Shown: positions 12,234 to 24,650 of the stretch, piece after piece
Layout: each line of letters starts with the position of its first letter
How positions within the stretch are numbered: position 1 is the stretch's first letter
Assembly: GCF_006345805.1 (NCBI RefSeq)
Contig: NC_043009.1
Span: forward strand, 40,114,001-40,178,000
Source of the DNA: Octopus sinensis
Lineage: Eukaryota
Direction of reading: 5' to 3'
Length of the DNA stretch: 64,000 bases
Notes under the pieces: model-generated
What the model was told of the DNA's origin: nothing
The model's database searches: none
Seen by the model: the letters and a program-made list of their open reading frames with translations, nothing else
Position numbers and translations under genes: made by a program

Positions 12234-13304
12234 CTGTTTGCTTTTTTCCTGACATTAAGCGAATCTTTTTACTTAGTTTTATGTCAACCTTAGTGAATTC
12301 TTGTTTCTAGAGATAATCTCCCTTCCTTAAGCGGAGCTGGGCTTAATTATCATTTGGTAATTATGAACCATCCTCCGGAGGCAGGGTTAATTATATAATA
12401 AATCATGAGTATACGTTCTTTGGCATTCTTTATCCCTGTATTTGTCTGTATTCTTCAAATACATGGCACTAGCTATTGCGAGTTATTACTCTCGGCTCAT
12501 TTTCCTTTATGTACAAACATAGTCAAATATATTCTAGAAATTGTGCTCCAGCCTGGCCACAATCAAGTGATTGGAAACCAGAGGAGAAGAATAAAATGAT
12601 GCAGATGACTAACCTGAGAATATGATGCAGTGAGGAAAAAATACTGTAGACATTGACTGATAATATTTTGATTCTACCGAGAAGTACTGAAGAGCCAGCT
12701 TATGCACTGGTTTATTCGGTTATGCCACAAAATATTTAAATATTAATCTTGAAAGGATGGAATTATCAATACGCAAGCAGGAGAAATGCTGTGAGTTGTT
12801 TGTGCGTATGTGTGTGTGAGTGAGGATACGTGTTTTTGATTTCTTTATTAAAAGTTGTGTTTGTGAGGGTGGTGGTGGTGGTGGTGGTGGTGGAATCGAT
12901 GGTTTTTGAAGCAAAGGACATAGATTATTTGCATAAACATCTTTTTTTTTTTTCAAAAATAATTTTCTAAAATAGCTGAAAGAGAAATCTGAATAAACTA
13001 AATTTTATAAAGGACATATTTAATATTTAAATACACTAGACTACTTTCATGATGTGAGGATCTATATCAAGTTAAAGAAACAACAACAGCTGCAGCAACA
13101 ACAACAACAACAACACCGATAGTAATAATAATATTGTCGAAGTAAGTTCATTGAGTATAATGTGTCTTAATACCAACTACTTTTTTCTAATTTGCTAATA
13201 CATACGCCATTATAGACAGCAACACTTACATTCCTAGTGTTCTTCTGATCAATAACTGACTACAACAATAAATGTCTGACCATTACTTTTATGTCGCTTT
13301 CCTT

Positions 13305-13413
<109 letters not shown>

Positions 13414-14319
13414 CTTAGTTTATTTATTTATTCATTTATTTTGGTTTCTATGTATCCTATTTTTGTCCTGACTTTGAAATAATTCATTCCATTTCGGAAG
13501 CAAAACTTGAAGTTCTAGGCAAGCAAATACTATCTAAGAGGAGTGGCATTAATTTACTAACAATTCTTTCTGAAATGAAACTAGAAAGCTTACATTTCAT
13601 ACACCTGTCAGTAATCATGAATTGTAACATTTCAAGTGAATTGGAAAATCATTGATCACTGCCATGCCAAGCTTACAATCTCTGAAATCCACTAGTCTGT
13701 GGAATAACTAGATTGTTTACAAGGACTGTCGCTTGTATACCTTTTGTGTTGCCTGCTTTCTACTTTTGTCATTTCAGTTCTATCTTCTGCGAACACAATG
13801 TATTTTCAGAATGTGTTTTTCTTTGTCGTGTTTCGAAAATGCCTCAACACAGTTGTTTTATGTCTAGAAATGATGAATGTGTGGAATAATCAAACGTAAA
13901 TCGCCCCAAAACATAGGAGAATATTCAGAACAAATTCATAAGCGAAAGAATTCTTGGACAAATAAGTCATACTTAAATCATTGTATTCTAGGTTTTCTGA
14001 ATGCGCACGACCTATTAATTAGTGGTTTTCTACTCACCATCATAATGCAATGGGTTCGATTGCTCGATTAGGTGGAGAATTGTGTTTTTCATCAAGGTAT
14101 TTCATTTATAGTCTCCTTCAATCTACTCAGCTAAAAAAATGAGCATTGATGTGCCGCTGAGTCAAAGTGTAAGAGAGTCGAGATGTGCTTGTATCTGCTT
14201 GTGACTCCGTAGACAACTAAAACCGTTGGCTTTTTATCCTCAAATATATAATGAAGCAAATTACATCAGAAACATTTTTTTTTGTAATAATCGTTATCAT
14301 TATTATCCCCTTAAGACAA

Positions 14320-14600
14320 GGCAGCGAGATGGCAGAAACGTTAGCACGCTGGGTGAAATGCTTTGCGGTATTTCGTCTGCCGCTACTTTTCTGAGTTCAA
14401 ATTCCGCCGAGGTCGACTTTGCCTTTCATCGTTCCGAAGTCGATAAAATAAGTAATAATTGAACACTGGGGTCGATATTGTCCACTTATCCCCTACACCG
14501 AAATTGATTCAGGGTCGGTAAATTAAGTACCAGTTACGCACTGGGGTCGATGTAATCGGCTTAATCTGTTTGTCTGTCCTTGTTTGTCCTCTCTGTGTTT
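14320..14600 (+). mobile_element. SINE family A with an appended second body fragment
   Basis: Head GGCAGCGAGATGGCAGAAACGTTAGCACGC, Meta-like centre, then a second GGGTCGGTAAATTAAGTACCAG segment. Confidence 0.8.
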
Positions 14601-14773
14601 TAGTCGAACAAATCAGCCACAGAACTTGTTTTCTTTTTAAAGCCTAGTAATTCTTCCATAGGTCACTTTTATCGAACTGCTAAGTTACGGGGTCGTAAAC
14701 ATACCAACAGCATTTATCAAGCGGTGAGGAGATGGGGACAAACACAAACACATATATCTCTCTCTCCCCTCTT

Positions 14774-14831
<58 letters not shown>

Positions 14832-14835
<4 letters not shown>

Positions 14836-15270
14836 TAAAAGGAATTCCAACCTTGTCTGATTTTCACGTTTTATTTACATTCTTATAATGATATATTATA
14901 AGATAATATAATATGATAGAATAAAATAAAATAAAATAGTAGAATGTTAAATGTTCATTCTGATTGAACTAGCACTAGTACTTTCATGCATTAAATTCTG
15001 CAACCTTCAGGTTCATGTAGTAGTGGTGACAATCATGCTTAAAAATGTTTGACTGTCAAAAATTGTGAAGCATGATTGTCACCACTACTACATGAACCTG
15101 AAGATTGCAGAATTTAATGCATGAAAGTACTAGTTCAATCAGAATGAACATTTAACATTCTACTATTTTATTTTATTTTATTCTATCATATTATATTATC
15201 TTATAATATATCATTATAAGATTGTAAATAAAACGTGAAAATCAGACAAGGTTGGGATTCCTTTTATTAA
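14832..15270. mobile_element. Fold-back element with outward-facing hammerheads (PLE-derived, inferred)
   Basis: Arms 14832-15040 and 15068-15270 are inverted; 27-nt spacer contains the hairpin TTTGAC-T-GTCAAA; (AT)n at both ends. Confidence 0.85.
15093..15137 (+). ncRNA. Minimal type I hammerhead ribozyme
   Basis: TGAAC-CTGAAGA-T-TGCA(GAATTTAA)TGCA-T-GAA-AGTACT-A-GTTCA; palindromic stem III, CUA site at 15132; the mirror copy (14965-15015, minus) has CTGAAGG and a 6-nt insertion. Confidence 0.7.
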
Positions 15271-16164
15271 TATATATATATATATATATATATAAACACG
15301 ACGGGTTTCTTTCAGTTTCCGTCTACCAAATCCGCTCACAAATCTTTACTCGTCTTGAAGCTATAGTAAAAGACACTTGCCAAGACGCCACGCTGTAAGA
15401 CTGAAATGGGAATCATGTAGTTGGGAAGCAAGCTTCTAACCACACAGCCACATTTGCGTCTTTTAGGCCAGAATTTCCACAAATTTTTCGTTTCTGAAAA
15501 AACAAAGTAGTCATCGTGAAATTAATGAAGCTGTTCGATCCCGAATCGAAACTAAGAATACAGATACATGCATAAACTCACTTATTTACCGAGGAACGAA
15601 CATTTCCGACACTACTTAAACCTTGACGGTTATTATAGTATAGTATCATTATAAGTGATACGCAATAGATAAATTAATGTTTTGTTGGAGGTTTTTTTTT
15701 TACTGAGAACACCGTCAATAAATGTTAAGGTATAATGGATTGTGTCAACACAGTATATAGCTAGTGCTTGTTTAGTGATATTTAATGTGATGAAATGGGA
15801 ATTGCACTCAGAATGAACAGGTATGCAATTAAAGCAATTAAATAATGTATTGCATTTAATTTACCCGTTTTCTTGCCTCTATTCTTGACGTCTAATTAAT
15901 GACATAATGATGATTTCTAACTTCTGTACACTGGCATAAAACTGCGAGGAAGTCGTTTAGACATTTGGGTCCATCATGTTACATTACTAGTAATTTGTCG
16001 ACCCTGCGCGAAAAGCGAGCTTGATCTTCAGCATATGTTGAAATGTGAACGCAGAGTGACGAAAATATATTCCGCAATGGTTGTTTCGCCTCTTTGCATC
16101 CTTCATCCAACACGCCACAACTTTACAATATTAGTTAATAATTTAGAAGCTTCAGAGGAGTTTC

Positions 16165-17100
16165 GTTGATTACATTATGAACCCTGGAGGAGGGACAAAA
16201 TTTAAGGTTGATCTTGGCGGGACTTGAACCCAGAACATGAAGAGTCGGAAGAAATACCGCAAGGCATTTTGTGAGGCGCCCTAATGATTCAGCAAGCTTG
16301 CCATCTACCGCATTATCAATATTGAAAATAAAAGTTTCAAAATTTGGCACAGGTCCAGCAAGTTTGGGGAAGGTGTTTAGTCCATTACATTGACCCCAGT
16401 ATTTCCCTGGTACTTAATTTATGGACACCGAAAGAACGAAAGGCAAAGCCGACCTCGGCTGAATTTGAACTCAGAGCGAGAATATGGGCGAAAAACCGCT
16501 AAACATTTTCCTCGGCGTACCAGCAACACTAATAATCGTTTTTACTAAAGGGACAAGGCCTGAAATTTTGTGGGGAAGAGACTAGTCGAAAACATCGACC
16601 CCATCGACTGGTCTTTAATTTATTGACCCAGATAGGAGGAAACACAAAGTCGACCTCTACTGAATTTGAACTCAGAATGTGAATACGGGCGAAATACCGC
16701 TAAGCAATTTTGCCCAGAGCCGTAACAATGATAATAATAATGCTTTCTACGAAAGGCACAAGGCCTGCAATTTTGGGGAAAGGAACCAGTCGATTATACC
16801 GACCTCGGTGTTTCACTGGTACTTAATTTATCGACCCGGAACGGATGAAAGGCAAAGTTGACCTCGTCTGTATTTGAACTCTGAACGTGAATACGAGCGA
16901 AATCCTTGCTAGGCAATACTGATATTAATAATCATAATAGTTTACTTGTTAAACAGACCCCACGAGGTACTTTATGGAACCCCAATGAACGAGAAGCAAT
17001 GTTGACCTCGACGTTTTTGGACTCAGAACGTGAAAAGTAACAAAAAAAAAAAAAATCACGAAGCTGTTTGTCTGACACTAACAATTCTACCAATCCAACG
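16165..17100 (-). mobile_element. Cluster of about five co-oriented decayed family-A SINEs
   Basis: Repeated AAAGTCGACCTC...ATTTGAACTCAG motifs near 16215, 16455, 16650, 16860 and 17005. Confidence 0.75.
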
Positions 17101-18059
17101 TTCTTGATTACCAATATTGATAATAAAATCAATATATGAAATCTGAACAAAGTTGAATTTTATATTCATCGCCACGCCGCTTATTATTAAGCACGATGCT
17201 CATATGTGTATTTAAAACATATTTCTTTCTCTTTCGCCGCATTGATTTGTCCTGATATGGGCGTTGTTTTCTTACCAGCCAGGATATCCGTTTTAGATTA
17301 TGAGACATGATAGAATGTCTGCTAATTATCATTTGTTCAGTTAACATTATCGAAAATCATTACTTAATCATTATTTATTGTGAATATCATTTTGTCATGT
17401 GTCGGGGCGCATTCCGCTATCATCCGATTGCATCGTAGAATTTGCCACCGCCACCACCACCACCACCACCACCACCACTTGCCTTTCACCAGGAAGGGAG
17501 GGAGGGCCGTTTCCCTCTGTCACGGGGGTTGGGCGGTAAACGGCGAAAAGAAGATTGAAGGGAAGACAAGATTGAAAGACTAAATGCATAGCATTTTATT
17601 TCTTACGGGTCCTTTATGTTCGCGTCCGACCGATGTCAACTTCGAATTTTATCTTTCCGGAGTTGATAATTTATAGCACCAGTCAAGTACAGAAATCGAA
17701 CGCACAGCTTTATGATCGTGAGCTCAAACCATAAAAACTTGGCCATGTACCTTTAATGTCTGTCACACGCACACAAACGCGCAAGCACACGAATATATAT
17801 ATATATATATATATGGTTGTATGTATGTATGTATGTATGTATGTATGTATGTATGTATGCATGTGCTTGTGCGTGCGTGAGTGTGTATTTGAGCGTGTAC
17901 GAAAGTGGGTTGCGTTTGTAGGAGGGCGAGTGCTTTGTGACTTTAGTTTGTGTACTTTGTATCTCCTCTTTTGCAATTTGATAATTTGTATACATATTCT
18001 AAAATGTCTCGTCTCCTCTGTTTGTATTTCTAAGTACCACACAGCAGAGATGAAAACGT

Positions 18060-18114
18060 TTGTTATTATTATTATTATTAGTAGTAGTAGTAGTATAGTA
18101 GTAGTAGTAGTAGT

Positions 18115-18152
<38 letters not shown>

Positions 18153-18227
18153 GGTGGTGGGTGGTGGTGGTGGTAATGGTGGTGGTGGTAATGGTGGTAG
18201 TAGTAGTAGTAGTGGTGGTGGTGGGTG

Positions 18228-18287
<60 letters not shown>

Positions 18288-18320
18288 TAGTAGTAGTAGT
18301 AGAGTAGTAGTAGTAGTATA
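18060..18320. repeat. Compound triplet microsatellite (TAT)(TAG)(GGT)(TAG)
   Basis: Directly visible; source of the spurious 251-aa ORF. Confidence 0.9.
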
Positions 18321-19044
18321 AGGAGTTGTAAGTGGAGGAGTGGCAGGGGGTTGTAGAATTGTAAGCTAGATGGCTTGGAGCGTTTAGTTTATTCCCTCTA
18401 CATTCCAAGTGCAAATCCTTCTGGGACAGACATTGCCATCTTGTCTTCGATAAATTGAATTCCATTAATATACTCAGACAGAAACAATGGACTTTACCTA
18501 TCCCCTGGAAATTGCTGCTCTTTCGCCATCGATATCATGTGATGTTTCAAATTCATGCAAGAAACAAATGCTGATTTCTTGTTTTCTCTCAACTACAATA
18601 TTTCATTACGGTAGGGAAATAAAACTTTGAACAATCGTAATTTTCTCACGGCCATTGGTTGAATAAGATTCTACAGAGAATACGAACCGATTGGTGTACC
18701 TAGCTAGACACAAGCTTATCTCTCTCCAATAATAAAATTATTTTGGACAAGTTACAATACAACATAGTTTTTGGGTAGAGGTGATACAATGTTGTAACAA
18801 ATATACTGTGCTGAACAGCATTTGCAGAGCATAGGAAATTGAATGATTGTCAACAATGAATGCAATGATTATGGTGGTCACACCACTACACTTTAGGAAT
18901 TTATCTGTCGTTAACAGGATTTTCGATATTGCTTTCATGTGTAAATATAGTCAGTCTCTTTAAGACGAGAAGAGCATTAGAGGAGAGTTGGTGAAGTGAA
19001 ATTAGTTTACTTTGTAGCTTTATAGTACTTGCTGTTATATTCTA

Positions 19045-19331
19045 GTTTCTACGTGTTTCAGTCGTTTGACAACGGGCATGCTGCAGCGCCTACTTGAAGG
19101 GTTTTTAGTCGAACAAATCGACTCCAGGAATTTTTTAAAGCCTAACACTTACGCTATCGGTCACTTTGGCTGAACCACTAAGTCACAGCGACATAAACAC
19201 ACTAACACTGGTTGTCAAGCGGTGATAGAGAACAAACACACGCACACACAAACACAAACACAAATACACACACAAACAAACAAACGCACACACACACGCA
19301 CACACACACACATACAAACACACACACACAC

Positions 19332-19387
<56 letters not shown>

Positions 19388-19552
19388 GGTGGGCTTCTTT
19401 TCAGTTTCTGCTTACCAAATCCACTCCCAAGGCTTTAGTTCGCCCAAGCCTATTACAGTATAAGTCACATGCTCAAAGTGCCACACAGTGCGACTGAACC
19501 CGGAACCATATGGTCGGAAAGCAAGCTTCTTACCACACAGCCACGCCTGCAC
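19045..19552 (-). mobile_element. Family-B SINE with expanded (CA)/(AT) interior
   Basis: Tail TTTCAGTCGTTTGAC at the left and head CACACAGCCACGCCTGCACCT at the right. Confidence 0.8.
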
Positions 19553-19862
19553 CTATTTACTCGATCTTTTTTTACTTTCTTTTTTTCTTTTTTCATATAT
19601 ACATATGTGTGTGTGTGTGTGTGTGTGTGTGTCTATCCATAAAAACAGAATTTCTGCATAAAACAGCAAATAAATATATATCCGCGGTAATTAAGAGCTC
19701 AGTTGATAATAATTCGGTTAAATCAAACACTATATAGCATTGCCATATACATACACATGCCCGCAGACAAACGAGCACACACGCACATACACATAGACTC
19801 ATATAGTTTCATTTCAGCCCTGCGTAGGACACTATACGCCTGATATATGTTTGTATCTATAT

Positions 19863-20153
19863 ATCACGTGATCACGTGACCGACCAGACCATCAGATGTT
19901 GTTACACATCGCTGGTCACAATGCGTTCGCATTGTTTTAGCCTTCGAATGACGCCACCCCGCTGGTTAAGCGAGCAGGCCAACAGAAGAAAGAGTGGTGA
20001 AAGAGTACAGCAGGGATCACCCCTCCCCCCGCCTGTGGAGCTTTATTAGGTGTTTTCGCTCAATAAACACACACAACGCCCGGTCTGGGAATCGAAACCG
20101 CGATCCTGCGACCGCGAGTCCGCTGCCCTAACCACTAGGCCATTGCGCCTCTA
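19863..20153 (-). mobile_element. SINE family D
   Basis: Minus-strand tRNA-like head GTAGAGGCGCAATGGCCTAGTGGTTAGGGCAGCGGACTC...GGTTTCGATTCC; its tail also occurs at 56400-56510. Confidence 0.85.
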
Positions 20154-20154
20154 C

Positions 20155-20226
<72 letters not shown>

Positions 20227-20227
20227 A

Positions 20228-20260
<33 letters not shown>

Positions 20261-20278
20261 ATATATATAATATATATC

Positions 20279-20312
<34 letters not shown>

Positions 20313-20485
20313 AAGCACGTAACTTCAAACGTGTCTTCTCTGATGCGAATTTGCTACCCAGGTATCGGTTAACCGAATTATCCTTAACAAGATAATTCAT
20401 TCAACTACTCAAATATATATATATATATATAATATTATATATATATATAATATATATATATATATAATATATATATACATATATA

Positions 20486-20637
20486 TATCTGTAAATGTAA
20501 TATGTGACAATTATTCGGCAGCCAAGATAAAACTCCGAGTTTCTGATGCCGAGGTGGAAATCCACGCCGCCATCTCTTCCGGAACTCGGAGTTTAAAAAT
20601 ACAACCGAATAAGTTGTCACGTATTACATTACAGATA
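20486..20637. mobile_element. Short fold-back of the 4376 family, junction inside the hammerhead
   Basis: Arms 20486-20543 and 20581-20637 are inverted; the spacer is stem II of the 4376-type HHR on the minus strand; left end at (AT)n. Confidence 0.8.
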
Positions 20638-20715
20638 AATTTCCTCTATTTACATAATATCGAGGTATCTTTCTTTTTTTTTTTGTTATCTTACCGTTTT
20701 ATCAATATATATATA

Positions 20716-20805
<90 letters not shown>

Positions 20806-20816
20806 TATATATATAT

Positions 20817-20852
<36 letters not shown>

Positions 20853-21444
20853 GATATGTATGTATGTATGTATGTATGGATGTATATATTCTATATACGA
20901 ATGTTGCTTAGTCAGATGAAATCTTGCCAGCTTGTCTAGTCCAGTATTTATCCATATTCGTTAAACTCCATCTCATCAAGTAATATTCTGATTGTTTCAA
21001 TTCCCTTGTCCTGGATATCTCGGCTCATGAAAGTTTTAAGACTTGGAAAATGTCTTGGTTAATTTATTCCAATGGGACCGAACTTGGCAAGGAAAAAAAA
21101 ATCAATTTGTGTTTATGCATATTTTTCTCATATTAATATTTGGTTTATTTGTGTTTTTTTTTCGTTTTTTTTTATACGTGTTTGTGCGCGTATGTATATA
21201 TATGTATATACATATACATTCGACATACAAAATATATGCACAAACACACACACACACACACACACGTGTGGGGTGTGTGTGTATTTGTGCATGGTATGTC
21301 TATGTATCTGATGTGTGTTTGTGTACGTATACATGAATGTATATTCCCAGACAGCGACAGAAAAAGTGTGAATGTGATAATATATGTGTGGGTGCCTTTT
21401 TCATTTTTCGTTATCAATTACATACACAAACACACACACACATT

Positions 21445-21485
<41 letters not shown>

Positions 21486-21987
21486 CCAGACACATATATG
21501 TAAGCTTCGATATATATAGTGCAATAAAATTATGTAAAACGTCAACTATATATATAAAATTATATGTACACGTGCACATACATGCATGTACATATGTATA
21601 CATATATGTGTGTGTGTGTGAGCGTGTGTGAGTGTGTGTGTGTGAGCGTGTGTGTGAGTGTGTGTGTGTTAGTATAGACATATATACTGTAATAAAATTA
21701 TGAATAAACTTCACCTGTATATAATATATATGTATGCATGGGTAAATACACACACGTATACACCCAACCACACTTACACACACATATATGTATATATATA
21801 TATATATATATTTATTAATATATGTATATATATATATATATTACATATATATGTGTGTGTATATATATTTATGTATATGTACCTATATATATTTATATAT
21901 ATATATGTATATATATATAAGCATATGTGTATATGTGCATACACATATATGCATATGTGTATATATAGAAATATATATACATACATA

Positions 21988-22042
<55 letters not shown>

Positions 22043-22509
22043 GATGTGATCTGCTGTTACCATTTTCAGATACTGTTTGCGATGTACATATATTTTCTAT
22101 AGCATTGTTATTATTATAGTATTGATACGGTTTATAGTTTAGGCACTAATCATCTCTCTTGGGGTCGTCATTCCATTCTGCTTTTTGTTCTGTATTTTTT
22201 TTTCTCATTCATTCTCTTTGAGATAAAATAACAGAAGATAAATTCATTGATTGTGTGTCGTCTCTTGCAGTTCATTTTATATTTTATTTCCTGTAAGTAT
22301 TTTTTTTTTAGTTAGTCAGTATTCTCGTGTTGATGGTGCAAGTAGACTAATTAATACTTAATAGTAAATGTGTTGCCTAACGCACTTGACGTATTATGTC
22401 GAGAAATTTAATTATTGAAAAGTATATCTTTTGGCAATATGAAAAAAACTTTATTGAAATTTCTGTGTAAGGTAAAATGAAGATGGATGATAAGAATTTT
22501 TTCTAGCCA

Positions 22510-22930
22510 TGCATCTTTCCCGCTCGGTACACCTGAGCGAGTCGTTGGGGAACAATCCTCAGGCACCTTCTCCATGCGGTTATATCATAAGCTACCCTCG
22601 TTACACTTACCGGCTGGATTCCCATGCGTGGCCATCTGAGACTTTTCTATATTATCGAACCGCCTCATTCTTAGTCTGCTCCTGCCGATTGGGTCGGCTT
22701 GAAGAATCCATTTTTGCTATTCATTTACATGACATTCTAATCTCAGATCCGTAGTACCGGAACTGTGACCACTGTGTGCGGCTCAATCTGAAGAGATTTC
22801 TTGACCTCTGAGCTACGTACCAGGTCGTGTAACGTTACACCAGAGATCATTAGCAGGAACCCTATTACGGCCGCTTTTTCTTTTCTTCGCAACTGTACTC
22901 TTTCGATCGATACCCAATTTTCATGACCGT
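22510..22930 (-). pseudogene. RTE-clade LINE ORF 3'-terminal fragment, decayed
   Basis: Minus translation YGHENW...AAVIGFLLMISGVTLHDLVRSSEVKKSLQIEP, then across frameshifts ILQADPIGRSRLRMRRFDNI...VAYDITAWRRCL, matching the RTE C-terminal pattern. Confidence 0.75.
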
Positions 22931-23628
22931 AATCATTTAATTGGCAATATATTAAGGAATCAACGCGACCATGAAAAGTTCGACATGATTAACCAAACGA
23001 TTTATCAAGCAATCGAGTCATTAGATGATTAAATAATTAACTAATTGGCAAATAAAAAATAAAGTGTAGACCAACCAGTGCGTGTGTCTGATATTGCTAC
23101 AATGATCCTCCCAAGGTGTAATAAAATATTTCAACAACATGACTTCCCTTCAAGGATCTAACAGACCAAATACTAAAATGTGAAATTTATTGGTTTCGCA
23201 TTGATTAACTTTATTTGGCAAGTTAGTTAGCAAGTAATTTGCTCGCTAATTAAGTTCACATGCGGCCTACATCCTTGGAAAGTTTTCCTCAAGCATTCAT
23301 TTGGTGCCGTACCTCATAATTCCTATTGGCTTCTCTTCATTTTCTCTTGTGATACGAAACCTACAAATTTCCGCATCATGGTGTTATGATCCTGTCCTGT
23401 GTCAGCTCTAATCAATGGCTGAAAAATCATGAGCAACCCAATCATGCCCAACCCCAAATTTTAGGAACATTGTGGACTACATAATCCAATTTCGCCATTG
23501 TTTGTTTAAGACAGTAGAAAATATTTTGATTGAGATTTGGTATCTCGCTGAGTGACCACATAAAAGCTCTCGTTTTCCATCATATTATTGTTGGTGTTGT
23601 TGTTCTTCTTGCTGCTAAACTTCATTCA

Positions 23629-23669
<41 letters not shown>

Positions 23670-24185
23670 CAGAGAGATGGAGAGAGTGGAAGATAGAAGA
23701 CAAGTAATATACAGAGGGAGAGACAGAGAGGTATCTAGTGCTGCTGATAAATTTTTGTAGCTTCCTGTTATATATTGTGAAATGATTGAGTCTACTTGTA
23801 GATAGTTACCATAAATGGTGCTCACTTCTCTAAATAGCGATTACACTGCATAATATTCATGGCTATATTCTTTGCTGAGGTGAGTTCAATAATTAACATG
23901 GTGTGGTGTACCAAACGTTGGACTGGCGTCTCTTGCATGAACAACTCGAAAGGTTTTCAATAGTTATCTTTAAGAAGCAATGCTTTGTGGGAACTACATT
24001 CATTTTAGATAATATTATTAACCTCATTTTTTTGGACCTGACTCATCAAATCAACTCACTACCAGCCTTTCGGCATTATGTCAACACCCTATTGATTCAA
24101 ACTGGCGTAAAAAGGAATTATAAAGTGTTACTGTTTTACATCAGTATACGCATACCGAGTGCCTTTGTTACATACCCCACCAAGC

Positions 24186-24239
<54 letters not shown>

Positions 24240-24437
24240 AAATGGATGAATGAATTATCCTTTGTTTACAGTTAACACGGAAAGTTCAGTAAACGGTTAC
24301 CAGGGTAGCAAAATTAACGCAAGTAACAAAGATGTAGCGATCTATTCAAAGGTAGAAACTCCGGGTTAATGTCCAGTAATTTGTATAGTATAAATAAGTA
24401 TATGGAGTTGAACGCAGGTGTTATTCAAATTCTTTTA

Positions 24438-24520
24438 CTTTCGACATATGTTTCGAAGACAACATCGGTTTTATTCCAAAGGAATAAACAGTGTTAAATA
24501 ATGTAATCTCATCAGGAAAG
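24438..24520 (-). ncRNA. Mirror hammerhead with weakened stem II
   Basis: Same core and GUC site on the minus strand, but 3 nt (GAA) are missing from the 5' strand of stem II. Confidence 0.6.
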
Positions 24521-24564
24521 AAAAAGAACCCATGTTATAATGTCTTGTTGGTGAGATGGGTTCT

Positions 24565-24650
24565 CTTTCCTGATGAGAAGATTACATAATTTTACATCGT
24601 TTATTCCTTTGGAATAAAACCAAAATTGTCTTCGAAACATATGTCGAAAG
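24565..24650 (+). ncRNA. Canonical type I hammerhead ribozyme (GUC)
   Basis: CTTTC-CTGATGA-GAAGAT...GTCTTC-GAA-ACATATGT-C-GAAAG; G10.1-C11.1 closing pair; inner hairpin TTTATTCC-TTT-GGAATAAA; cleavage predicted after C24645. Confidence 0.85.

Larger units (their letters stand above)
14598..15452 (-). mobile_element. Family-B SINE split at its internal (AT)n by a fold-back element
   Basis: 3' half at 14598-14750, 5' half at 15298-15452, (CT)/(AT)n on both sides of the 14832-15270 insert. Confidence 0.8.

Noticed and set aside
12687-12711. CTGAAGA followed by the hairpin GCCAG/CTGGT
   Set aside because: No GAAA, stem III or stem I partner follows.
15985-16035. Minus-strand CTGAAGA with a GC-rich hairpin
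   Set aside because: GACAA replaces GAAA and the stems are out of register.
17710-18465. 251-aa ORF, and similar long ORFs at 27-365, 47543-48181, 49982-50497 and 51605-52111
   Set aside because: These are translations of di- and trinucleotide repeats or CT-rich tracts (poly-Y/I, T, L, S) with no domain signal.
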